A stretch of DNA of 64,000 bases from Paraphysomonas bandaiensis (taxonomy: Eukaryota; Protista; Chrysophyceae): positions 1 to 64,000 of the forward strand of contig CBFFRP010000199.1 of assembly GCA_965644295.1 (NCBI GenBank), given 5' to 3'. How positions within the stretch are numbered: position 1 is the first letter of the stretch; every line of letters starts with the position of its first letter. The translations under genes and the position numbers were made by a program. The notes beneath the pieces were generated by a model. The model did no database searches. It was given only the letters and a program-made list of their open reading frames with translations, and was not told where the DNA came from. Shown one piece after another: positions 1-11,946 of the stretch.

Positions 1-3000
1 ATTCAGAAGATGAAGCGGGATACGAATCGATGATATGGAAGAAGAGGTGAATCTAGCACAGAGCATGTCAGATGTTATTTATTTAGACAGCGGGTGCAAC
101 AAGATGATCCTCACTTCCAAAAACCACATGACCAACCTTCAGCGCGCTGATAGGCAGATGTCCACAGCGAACAAAAGGTAAACTGTCAATACACAGTGTT
201 GGCGATGTAGGAAGCTTTAAAAAGGTGTACTACGCACCTGAAGCAAGTAAGAACCTCGTAGATATGAAGAGCATCACAGATAGGGGTTGTGTTGTGACGT
301 TCGATAATGATGAAGTCGTCATTCGAAATAAGACTACGAACAAGACACTCATTAGACAGAGAAGTGTTAATGGATTATATCCAGTCTGACTCGAAGACTT
401 ACTTCAGCTTGGAGAAGAATCCTCAGCAGCACTTGAGGAGCAGGGGTTTGATGACCAGCGAATTCTATGGCACAAAAGACTTGGCCATGTCAACTATGAT
501 AAACTGACTGAGTCCGACCGCCGAGGCCTAGTTGATGGAATAAATCTGGACAAGAAATATTTCAGAAAAAAACACAAAAAAACGATATGCAAATGTAATA
601 CCTGCATGCGATCGAAACTCACGAGAAAGAACTTCAGGACTCCACGCCAGTTGATGAACTTAGACAACAACCCAAAGGAGAGAGGGGTGCTCAGTGCAGA
701 TACGATGGAAGTCCTAAACACGCCATCGATGGAAGGCTACAAACATGTGTTACTATTCAAGCACAGTGATGCAAAACATGTATGGGCTTATGGGTTGAAA
801 AACAAGACTGGGAGTGAAGTGTTAAAGTGTATGAAGGACATGGTAGAGACCCAACTTGTCAAAGAAGGATTGCAACTACGACGATATCATGCAGATGGCG
901 CAGGAGAACTAGTAGGGCAACATGTCAGGCAGTACTTACGTGAAACCACCAGCACAAGGACTGTACAGGTTACTTGGACTCCACGTGACACACCCGAAAT
1001 GAATTCGCTATCGGAACGCACTAATCGTACAGTGAAGGAGATGGCCCTTGCTATATTGCTCGATAGTGGCATGCCATCAGTATTTTGGTTCAAAGCAGTC
1101 TTGCATGCTGTATATCTGATCAACAGGTTACCTACGAAGACAACGAAAGGATACATCTCACCTTTTGAGTATATTACTGGAACCGCACCAGATGTGAGTG
1201 ACTTGAAGATCTGGGGCTGCAAGGCATGGGCTATTGTGCCGAAGGAGCAGCGCCGCAAAGAGTGGAAAGAAAAGGGAAAACCTGGATACTATATGGGACA
1301 ATGTCAACAACCTGTTGGACACCAAATATATATTCCAGACCTGAATGCTATTATTGTTGCAGTCAATGCATTAGCTTGATGAGTCAATTCCAGAGCGTTC
1401 ACAGGAGTATTTCGACGAAATAGATAATCTACAAATCGACACCTCAGAAACAGCAGAGAGTGTAAATGACTATCAGTACCTGGTGGGCCTCAGACATCTT
1501 GATGGACACCTGTGTTATGTTACCACCAGGAGTGATAGGAGAGTAAAGAGGAGTCATTGTTGCATATAGGTGATTAGATATGAAAGGAAATACCACCGAG
1601 GAGCAACCCAATTCATATCAAAGATGTAGTAAAGATGACTCACTCTACAAAGTGTCAGACCGACAAGTTTAATAGTTTGCGAAATGAGTTGGATCAGACT
1701 TGTAATGACAGTGACAATGAACAGAGGACTCCTGACCGCTCAAATCGGGGCGCATCTTCAACAGGTGGGGCAGATCGAAATCCCAGAACTGAAAACGACC
1801 TCGGAAAACGGCACATTGTTAACGTTGGTGTCCTCGGCGATGTCTCATTTTGTTTCTTGATTCCTCCAACAGCACAATTAAAGAGCCACAGACGCTGGCA
1901 GAAGCAAAGAAGACTCCACAGAGAACATACTGGATTGAAGCTACCAGGAAGGAGGTGCACAAGCTTGAACGAAGGACATGCTGGAAGATTGTCCGAAGGC
2001 CGAAACACCGAAAAATCATAAAATCTAAATTGGTCTTTAAAGTAAAGCGCGACCATCTTGGAAAAATTAAGAAGTTCAAAGTTCGACTTGTGGCGAAAGG
2101 GTTTACTCAAGAACAAGGAGTCGACTATAATGAGACATTCCCTTCCCAGTAGCTAAAGGTGTATCATTTAGGCTAGCACTGGCACTGGCTCTGCGATACA
2201 ATCTGCAACTCCGTCAACTCGATGTAGAAACGGCATTTCCGTATGCAGATCTGGACGAAGACGTGTTTATGTCTCCACCTGCAGGAATAGATATTCCGCA
2301 CAAGGCTGTTGCTTGAAGATTCTGAAGAGTTTGTATGGCCTAAAAACAAGCACCGAAATTGGCATTCAATGCTGAAGGACAGTATAAAGGCGATGGGGTA
2401 TAAAAAACAATGTGTTCTTGACCCATGTTTATTTGTACTCAAGGGCATTGACGATAACCTACATATGATACTTGTGTATGTAGATGATATCATTGTGCTC
2501 AGCTCTGACAGCCGTCATATTGAAGAAGTCATCAGCGCCTTTAAGACTCAATATGCTCATGCAAGATATGGGGACCTTAAGCATTATTTAGGTCTTACCA
2601 TTGAGCGTCATAATGGCCAGATTAAGTTACATCAGTCTGCATATGCTAAAGATGTTGTGGCCAGATTCAATCACTTGTTGTCAGAAAAGAAGAGACGGTG
2701 CAAGGCAACCACCTCTACCACCTGGCCTAAAGTTGTCCAAGGATGCAAAAGAGGAAGAAACTCGAAAACAGAGAGAATACGTTGATGCATTTCCCTATCA
2801 ATCTGTTATTGGTGCCTTAATGTATTTGGCAGTGCATACTAGACCAGACATGGCATATACAGTAAATCTTCTCTCCCGGTTCACCACAAGACCCACGTAC
2901 GCTGCATGTCAAGCTGCTCTGCATACTTTATTGTATTTAGAAAATACAGTTGATCAAGGTATCATATTTCCTAATTTCACAGATGAAGACCCTCTATGTG

Positions 3001-4297
3001 TGTACTCTGATGCAGATTGGGCCGGAGATCTGGATACATGCAGATCCACTACAGGGTATATCGTATATCTGTGGGGTGCTCCAATTGCATGGCAGTCCAG
3101 ACTGCAGCCAACAGTGGCTACGTCGACTATGGAAGCTGAATATATAGCTGCATATGCTGCACCAGAGATTGTATGGATACGAGGGGTGATGACAGAGCTC
3201 GGAATTCGTGGATTTGAGCTCAGCAAGAATGCGTCTCCAACAATCTTGAATATGGACAGCAAGAGTGCGATTGATCTAGCTCAGAACCCGGTAAATCATA
3301 AACGTTCCAAGCATATTCGGATCAAGTATCATTGGATTCGAGAGCAAGTGGAGGCTGTATCGTCAGGCTGAATCATGTGCCAACGGCAGAGATGACAGCA
3401 GACGTGATGACTAAAGCCTTGGTCCGAGAAGCTGCAACTATCAGCATGTGCACACTATGGTATCGCACTAAGTAGACTTGCTCATCACAGTATATTCTGA
3501 TATGTTCATTGAGTGAGTATTGAATCCACAACCAAACTCCTACGTGCGTACTTGAAGTTTGGTAAAGTCAATCGCTAGTAGTTATCCTGTATTCTATGTA
3601 GCAATGAAAACACAGAATATACATGACTACAGTATAGGAGTAGCTATTACGCGTATACAAAGAAACTGAAAATATAGTAGTGCTGTTAAAGATATGATTT
3701 GTAGAACAGAATGTTGATGTTGGTGAATGACGTGGTTCCTAACTCACAGGGCTACAACATCATAAGGCTGAAGAATAAGATGAAGTGATGTAGGTTGTAG
3801 TATGAAATGAGATGTAGATGGTAGTTATGATTAGATCAGAAGATACGAGTATTAAGGCCAGATATAGGGTTGGAGTGTACCGGAACTACCCGTACATACG
3901 GATGTAACGGACGGTCATGGTAACCCGTACAGTATTATGATGGTATACGTAGGTATTCTGTAGGATGATATAGGAGTAGATAGCAGGATGTTAAGGGATT
4001 TCTATATGATTATTTCTGGAAGTAGAAAACTAGCTATTTATGGCTGGGAAACCACTTCTAGAATTAACTATGGGGATATAGGTAGAAGGATATGGAGTTT
4101 TAGATATAATAGTGAAAGTTGATATTGTAGTTGTTGAAAGTTAAGAAGTAGCGAAGTAAAGAGTAAGAAGAGGAAGTTAAGTGAAGAGTGTTGTGAGAAG
4201 ACTATCCTACCCCACATCACCTGTGCACATGGACAGGGATGATAAGACCAGCAATGTTAGTCATGATAGCGAGGCTCAATCACCCGTAGTCGTTACA
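1..4297 (+). mobile_element. Ty1/copia LTR retrotransposon, 5' part outside the window, pol disrupted by several frameshifts
   Basis: Copia domain order PR-INT-RT-RH. Protease VIYLDSGCNKM (~75-110); integrase (YHADGAGEL, TPEMNSLSERTNR, WGCKAW; 606-1379); RT (FKVRLVAKGFTQEQGVDYNETF, QLDVETAF, LVYVDD; ~1850-2750); RNase H (YSDADWAG, KRSKHIRIKYHWIRE; to ~3420). Domains are split across frames. Confidence 0.95.
3876..4297 (+). repeat. Putative 3' LTR of the copia element
   Basis: Purine-rich tract AGGGTTGGAG directly before TGTACC at 3876; ends ...GTCGTTACA at 4297 (TG...CA). An alternative start TGTAACG at 3903 gives a perfect 7-bp terminal inverted repeat with CGTTACA. The 5' LTR is not in the window, so the ends are inferred. 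Confidence 0.6.
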
Positions 4298-4363
4298 CCA
4301 ACGATATCTTCCATAGCCAAAATTACAGTTTTACTACGTCAAACTATTAATTCAAACGATGGA

Positions 4364-7300
4364 CTACTTCGCAGCAAGAAACGAATTCACTACTTTTTCT
4401 CTCTCATCCTCCGACATAAGGTTCAGAGCTTGGGCTACCAGCGCACCAAACCCAGGTCCGTCAGGCTGTTCTGTTGAAAATTTCAGCATATCGTTGAGTT
4501 GTTTCCCAAGCTTGCGTGAATGAACAGTATTCGTCAACTCTGCCAGTTTCTGCCGTAGATAACTGGTGTTCTCTTGTAGCCAGCCCATAGCCTTCCGATC
4601 ACAATTCCATATTTCTTTACCCGCCTCTTCTTGCTCCAAGTACCACCCTTTCAAAATGTCGACAGCGGCAGAACGAGTCTTGATTTCATTATCAATATCC
4701 ATTATTGTTCTTGCAACGTCAAATTCAGCCAACCTCCGGCGCAGTCTCCAGAAGAAAAATTTCCGCGACTGAGCCCAGGTTACTTGCTTCCTGATAACCC
4801 CTTTTGCCCTCATACGCCCCGGAGTATCGTGTAAGTCAGCGAAGTGCACTGCGATTTGTCTGAATACGCCAATTACAAGCTTCTCGCGAACTTCAATCTT
4901 CTTGGCGATCTCTTTCCGTCCAATGTCATCTGTGCATTCGTCCATATCTCTCTTTAGATGAACTAGAACAGGGTCTAGGCGGCTAGCGGTCGCACGAATT
5001 TCTCTGTCGCGGAACTTAATACTTGCGGCACCAGCAGCCTCCAAGACACCTCCACGAGCGTCCTCTGCGGCATAAAACTCCATCACATCTGCGTTGATAG
5101 TATGATCAACCACCACCCATGCCCCTCCACGCAACTCAGCGTGAGGTGGGATATACACAAACAACGGCTGATTGTAGGCCACAAAGGCATCTACAATCAT
5201 GCTTCCAAACTTCAATACCTCGTCAAACATATCCCTCTGCCCACCAGAAAACCCGCGCCAATTCGCAAAAATTATGCATGGCAACTTCTCGCGATTAAAA
5301 TCTCTCAGTGCCTGTATATAACTTAAACAGGTAGTACACCTTGCTACCAGATCTTTCACATACCTGAGCTGTCTTGTAGGCGGAGTCTGGAAACCACACT
5401 CCTCCTGCTTGTTGCATGATTTTTTCCTGTGACGTGCTGTCTGCCGGGTCGGCAGGAATAAATGCTTCGGAAGTTCTATTTTCCGTGATGATGACACCCA
5501 TAGGAATGCCTCCAAGACGAGCTCGGCCAACTACAACTGTTTTAGCCCAACCCTCCAGCACTTCTACAAAACTATCGCGATCAAAGAATCCGGACTCCCA
5601 CACTTCAGCACCATTCTCAACGGATGTGCAGCCAGATATAAGGTGGCGTGGATCATATGTCTGCCCTTTCTTTGGGCAAAATGCTACCGGGCGATCGACG
5701 ACATCCACTCCAGTTATATCTTGGACTGGAAGGTGTGACTTGTTTGAAGACGGTACAAAGGATATCCAATTGAGGGCTTTCTTGATGGAATCCATGTGTG
5801 TCTCGGCTAACAAGTGTGTGACGCCGTTAGGAAACATAATCATAGGTCCACCTGCAAATATATTACAAATTACAACAGATATTAGTTTCTTCGTACCCAA
5901 TTGATCATTTGTAGTGTATATCTCTCTTCCCATTAATTTGTTAAGGGCTTGATATCCAGTTAAAATTATAGGACTCATCCGGGTCTTCTGAATAGTCCGC
6001 TGTCCAAGACGAACTAAATACGCTCCAATACCCACAGTTCGTCCAACAACCAGAGTGAGCGTAAATATCTTGTCATAGGCTTTCGAGGTCTCCCCCGCAA
6101 TTAATCCAGATCCCATAAGATTTTCCACTCCAAGGTCCGCTTCCTCACCAATGATATCAGATATAACGTAACGCTCGTCGCCATGAGGTCCCGTGATAAG
6201 GTTGCATATTACGGGCAAGGAATTGATATCACCATTTACTTCAGCCAAAAACTCGTCATATACTCTCTTGGTGAGATACAAATATTGAAACCCTTTAGAG
6301 GGATCCGACTCGTCTGTCCAGCATACTTCAAATTTCTCTTTCAAGCTTTGTGCCATGCCGATACGTGCACCAGAGTTCGCTGCAAGATATAGGCGAGGAA
6401 TCTCCATTGAACGGGCATACTCTGATGCCTTAAAAAAAAAGAAGTCCTCCTTTGTGCCGAAACTTCCAGCCTTGTGGGTGATGTCATTAGCAATGACCAC
6501 AAGCTGTCTTCCTTGTCTGCACTCAGGAGTCTTGATTGTCAATAGCCAAGCCACCATACCCATATCGTTGAGACCCGGTTCTCGAGTGCAGGGAACGATA
6601 ACTGCATCTTGGGAATTTAACGAGGTCCATCCCTGTTGTAAAGGAGTCTTGCCATCTCCACTGCACAATACAAGTTCTTGACAGCTGAAAATGCTCTCGG
6701 GCATACTATCCTTATTCACGGAAGGACGGGCGCGGAAAAAAGAATCCCACTGGTCCTTCACCCCCTGCTCAAACAACTCTGGCCAGTCATACACATATAA
6801 CGTATCGGATGATGCCAATGCCTCCGCGCGCTGAGATTCAAACTTTCGAGTCACTGGGTAGGGGGTGTTTGTGGGAAGTCCATCCCACTCTCCAGCGGAG
6901 GAATTTAAGCTCCTGAATACAGGAACTTGACCAACGAGCTCTTCGTAATACTGCTCAACCTTGACTACAAACCCAGTGGGGTTGGTAACATTCAGCCTGA
7001 TAAACATGGGGTCCGCGTCGCTATGAAGGCGACAGGTGAGCTTGAGCTCCACTGTCGAAACTGCCAGCTTGACCATTTTCTCCGAGTATTTCGTACAAAT
7101 CTTACGCATCTTATTTTCATAGAAGCGAGGCTGAATTACCATATCCGGAGCTACGATATTGAGGAATATGTGATTACAGGAGCTGTTGGGACGCCGAGTT
7201 CTCCCTGTTTCGCTGCTATCTCTCCCCATCGCAAGGGCAATAGAGTCCAATGCCTCCACAAAGAGAGACTCTGCTTCACTGCTTTTTACATCCACTGTAA

Positions 7301-10300
7301 AACTCACTAACCTGGCAAAGTAACACACAGGGCCCTTTTCTCCAATAGGAATAGCGCGATACAACTGCACATTCCCTGATGATGTTTGTAAGCCTTCTTC
7401 CAAGGATATCGTAAAATTGGCCAGTCGAGGCAGATCCAAGTGAAACGCATGAGGTGCTTCAATATAGCGGTACAAGACATCCTCTTGAAAGTCAGTCCTG
7501 GATCGGAAGGTAAAAATGGACATGCTGTTGTTTTCCGTAGGGTCAACACGTGACATGTGGGCATGTTGGTGCTCCGGCTCAGTCTGACCCATGAGCACAG
7601 TCACGCGCCGAATACCTCGTTCCCGCAGATCTGACTTGATCGTGCCCAGGTAATTCGATATAAAAGCGGATGCGTCATTGTCTGATGAAAATTTTCCGTT
7701 CATCACGCATGCATGTACAGCATTCACAGGACTTTTCTTCAACGGAGTAATAGCATGACTCTGGGGGATCTTCTGCAACAGAAGCGGGAACAAGTTTATA
7801 AATTCTTCTGGAGAGGAGAATGTGGCAAACGCACCGAACCGTGTGGATTGCATCACTTCCACAGCAGAAGATGTCTCACTCTCTGCTTCAGAGTCAGATA
7901 CCATGTTGGTATAAGAGTCTCTTTGTGACAGCTCAGCGAGCTGGCTATAATTGTAGCGAGGAGACTCTCCACCCCCATTGATGGACACACTGGAAGCAAC
8001 TGCTCCAAAACTGCGGGTTCGAAATTCAAAAGTAACCCATGGACTTTGAGTGACAACATCGTCTGTCAGCGAATTCCCAGCACCAAAATTCGACATATCA
8101 TGAGTCTTCTGGTATATCTTTCTGAGATAGAGTTCTATGTAAGCGATCTGATACTCAAAATCTTCTTGCATGGACTCAACAAACAAGTCCCGAATGGACA
8201 TATTTCCTTCAACGAACTTCTTCATTGTATTAACACGGTCTCCACACCCAACAGGGTCGCCAGTGCTGAGCGCTTCTACAAGGGCCTCATGAAGGCGAGT
8301 CCTGCGCTGATCGAGTGTAAGAGTATTCTGCTTCATTAACGCTAAGTTTGCAGCAAACGAAGTGCGACTGTATACAGACTGTCTAAGTTGACTCAATTCC
8401 GTCAGTTTGACCTTGAGGTTCCTAGTATTGATTTCATGTACAAGAGGAATGCCAGGTGGAAATTTCGGTCGCTGATTCGCCACAGCAGTTGGAATAGTAA
8501 CAACAATTTCGATCACCTTGCGCATTAGCAGGTTTTTATTTTCTAGGTTCACATGAGATGAGCACAGCTCCCACACAACACTGGTATCGTTCGCATGCTC
8601 CTTACGGAGGCGGTTTACTACATCCGTATAGGACATGTTGTCGAACAGATTTTCGACTTGTAAAAACTTCTCCATGAAACGAATCAGCATGACAAGGAGC
8701 TGTACCTCAGGAGAATGGAAGTTCAGTTCACATATTTCCCAAACCGCCGCCATTTGAGCCATAAACGCACCACGTGCTGCTGCAGGGGTCTGTTGCACAA
8801 CTTCCCAAATAGCGGTGATAATCTTTGCAGAGGGGAATTTGACAACATTCGATGTCGCTGATGTATCCTCCCGGGAGCATTCGTCGATGTACTCTTCATT
8901 CAATGCAGTAATGCGATCAAATAGAGCACTATCTATTCTTCCTCCCAGAACAGACATCGCTTCCCTCAACCAGTAGGCTGGTAGTAGTCGGTTCATTAAG
9001 GACTTCATGCAGATATCCAGAGAGTTATCCATATCCAACTCGCTAAGTGGAAATCCATCAAGTACTTTTTCCAGTTGACCTCTTGCTCGCTTGAGTGCCA
9101 AGTGTGGCAATAACACAGATTCATCCTGCAGTGACTCACTCGTATCATAACCGACCAAATCACCAGAAAATTCCTGTGATTTCACAACAAGTTCTGGGTG
9201 GTCCAAGTCAATAGTAGCAATGATATCACCGGGAGAAATAACTGCTCCTTCACTGAGTTGAAAGTGGACAAAACCAGATTCATCGGCTCTTAAGGGCATA
9301 TACATCTTCATCACCTCGATCTCGACAAAAGCATCTCCAGCATTTACGTGAGCCCCATCCGGAACTAAAAGACGAGCAATCTTTCCAGCAACGGTGGCTT
9401 TTAAATTTGTCGGGTCATACTCCGGAGTAAAAATGCAGGTGTACCCATCCAATATGATTCTTAACGACCCACTCCCCTCACTCTGTGTATATACCAATCT
9501 ACTCTGCCCTCGTACATTTAGAAGGTACCCACCATCAGACAATTGCCGCACGCTCACTTCTTCAGACTTGGAACCGCTACTGATAATGACACTTGTGGGC
9601 CCACTGCGACTGCATCCTACTCTGTATTTGACATTATCGTATATGAGTTCAATGTTTTCACTCTTGACAATAGCGTCCTTTGGTGGCACCTGCCCGACCC
9701 GAAGGTTATCTAGAAATCCGTTTCGTGAATCCTCAAAATGTTTGAACCCTAATACCGCTGCACCACAGATGGCTATCAAAGTACAAGGAGGGGCATTCTT
9801 AAATTCCAACGTCTTCAACTCCTTCTGGTGGGCAATTCGTTGGTCCAGCCATTCCGTTGATATGCGATTCTTAACATAATCATCTGATTCCATCATCCTA
9901 ATAATGTATTCGACTGTTGTGCGCAGGTCGCCTCTGATTTCAAGCTCCTTAAGAGCTACTACCATTGCACGCCGGGCTGCTTCGCGGTTTTTCCCATGGG
10001 CAAAAATATGACCGAACTGGGAGTCAGAGAATTCGTGTATAAGTCCGCTGTTATTCACAGAAAAGTAGCCCCAGACGTCGATTGCTGAGCGGAACTGAAG
10101 GTCTGTAATTTTTCCAGATGTCGGCTGGAAAGATGCATCTGGGTTTTCAGCTGTAATACGGACTGCTATGCAGTACCCAACTTCAGGGACACGTTCAGAT
10201 ACTTCAAAATCAATTGTATCTCTGCCGCGGACAGGACGACCATAAATTTTGCGGATATCTCCAATGCGATGCAGGGGCAGACCCATCGCCACCTGTAACT

Positions 10301-11685
10301 GACATGCTGGTAGATTGATATCCAATATGTTTTCGGTTACAGGATGCTCCACCTGATTCATTAGCGGGTTACAGTATGGAAAACTAGGAGCGATAGATAT
10401 ACCTGTAAGCGTGGATTAAGTTCCAGAAAGGAGTACTCGTGTGTGTCCTCGTGGAACAAGAACTCCAGAGTACCTGCGCTCTCATAACCCACCTATTCTC
10501 ACGTGTCAAGTAATACACTGAATTATATCGTATTTTACACTCACCGCCTTTGCAAGAGCAATTGCAGACTGCTCCATCTGTTTGAACACCGTCGGAGGAG
10601 CGGCCAAAGGGGGACCCTCTTCAATGATCTTTTGGTGCCGCCGCTGCACCGAACAGTCCCTCCCACTGAGAGCAATTACTTGCCCATGCTTGTCCGCTAT
10701 CAGTTGAACCTCCAGGTGCCGAGAATTGGACGCCAGTTTCATAATAAATATTGGGGAACCTGGGACCTCCCCTTGTACTTGCCGGAATGCATTTTCGACA
10801 TCCTCCAGACACGACACCTGAATCACAACATAAGGCTAGTAGAAGTACAACAAAAACGACTGGTACCCGTCTAATTCCCTTTCCACCACCTCCTTCACTG
10901 GCTTTGATCATCACCGGAAAGCCAATCGCAGCCGCGCTAGCAGAAGCTTGTTCAGCAGTCTTCACATTAGCCTTATCATAAACCTCAGGTGAGAGTCCCT
11001 CAGTAGCGTAGTCCACCTTGATATTCCCTCCATTCCAAGCAATTGTAGGGACACCTGCAGATTGCGCAATTATAGTCGATCCAATCTTATCTCCCAGTGC
11101 ATGCATAGGGGCAGCTGGAGGTCCAACAAATACGATCTACCAGGTAATGTAAGGCAACAAATGGTGAGTTACATTCAGTGCTCCAAACCTTCCTCTTACA
11201 CGCAGCAAGTGAAGTCGGAAAGCTTGGCTTCTCACTCGCATGACCCCAAAGGGGCATAACAGCATCAACACCAAGGCGCTCAGCGATTTCGCATATCAAG
11301 TTTACATTGGCATAATTATTGTTGTTGCTTCCACCTGGTACATTGACGACTTCATCTGCCATTCTAACAAACTCTGCATTCGCTTTGAGGTCATCAGGTG
11401 TGCACATTGCAACAAATTTAATCTGCAAACAACCATTACATGCGTATCCCATCAGATGCCATGACATACCATCCTCTCATTGCCAAATGTTTGATATGCC
11501 CACTTTCTAATCGATCTAATTGCCTTCACAGCACCTATTCCTGTAATACAATCATATTAAATTGATTAGAATGCATTATAAATCAACTTACCATTATTTG
11601 CTATGAGTACTTTAGTGATAACATGATCACCGCCAGACCAGGATACGAAATCCTCTACCGAGCTAAAGAACTCTTGCTCATACAT
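4364..11685 (-). CDS. ACC1: Homomeric acetyl-CoA carboxylase, cytosolic type, multi-exon
   Basis: BC domain ([63 protein letters not shown]); biotin motif EIEVMKM; CT domain ([31 protein letters not shown]). About 8 short GT-AG introns, e.g. 5312-5363 and 5852-5896. Start could be 11685 or the in-frame ATG at 11772. No bipartite plastid presequence seen. Confidence 0.97.
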
Positions 11686-11803
11686 GCTAGATGATACTGA
11701 CAGGGAACACGGGTCAGAATAATCTAACGGTATTAGTGATGTGATTATTGGATAGGACAGTAAATTCTGCATATAACAAATTCAGCGGATCAACATGCCA
11801 GAC

Positions 11804-11946
11804 TATGTATGTATGTATGTATGTATGTATGTATGTATGTATGTATGTATGTATGTATGTATGTATGTATGTATGTATGCATGTATGTATGTATGTATGT
11901 ATGTATGTATGTATGTATGTATGTATGTATGTATGTATGTATGTAT
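11804..11946. repeat. (TATG)n microsatellite, left part (~35 units)
   Basis: Directly visible; one CATG variant unit. Confidence 0.99.

Noticed and set aside
4364-11772. ACC as a fragmented pseudogene or as the plastid isoform
   Set aside because: The breaks I checked are explained by short canonical introns; EVMKM and the lack of a bipartite presequence favour the cytosolic form.
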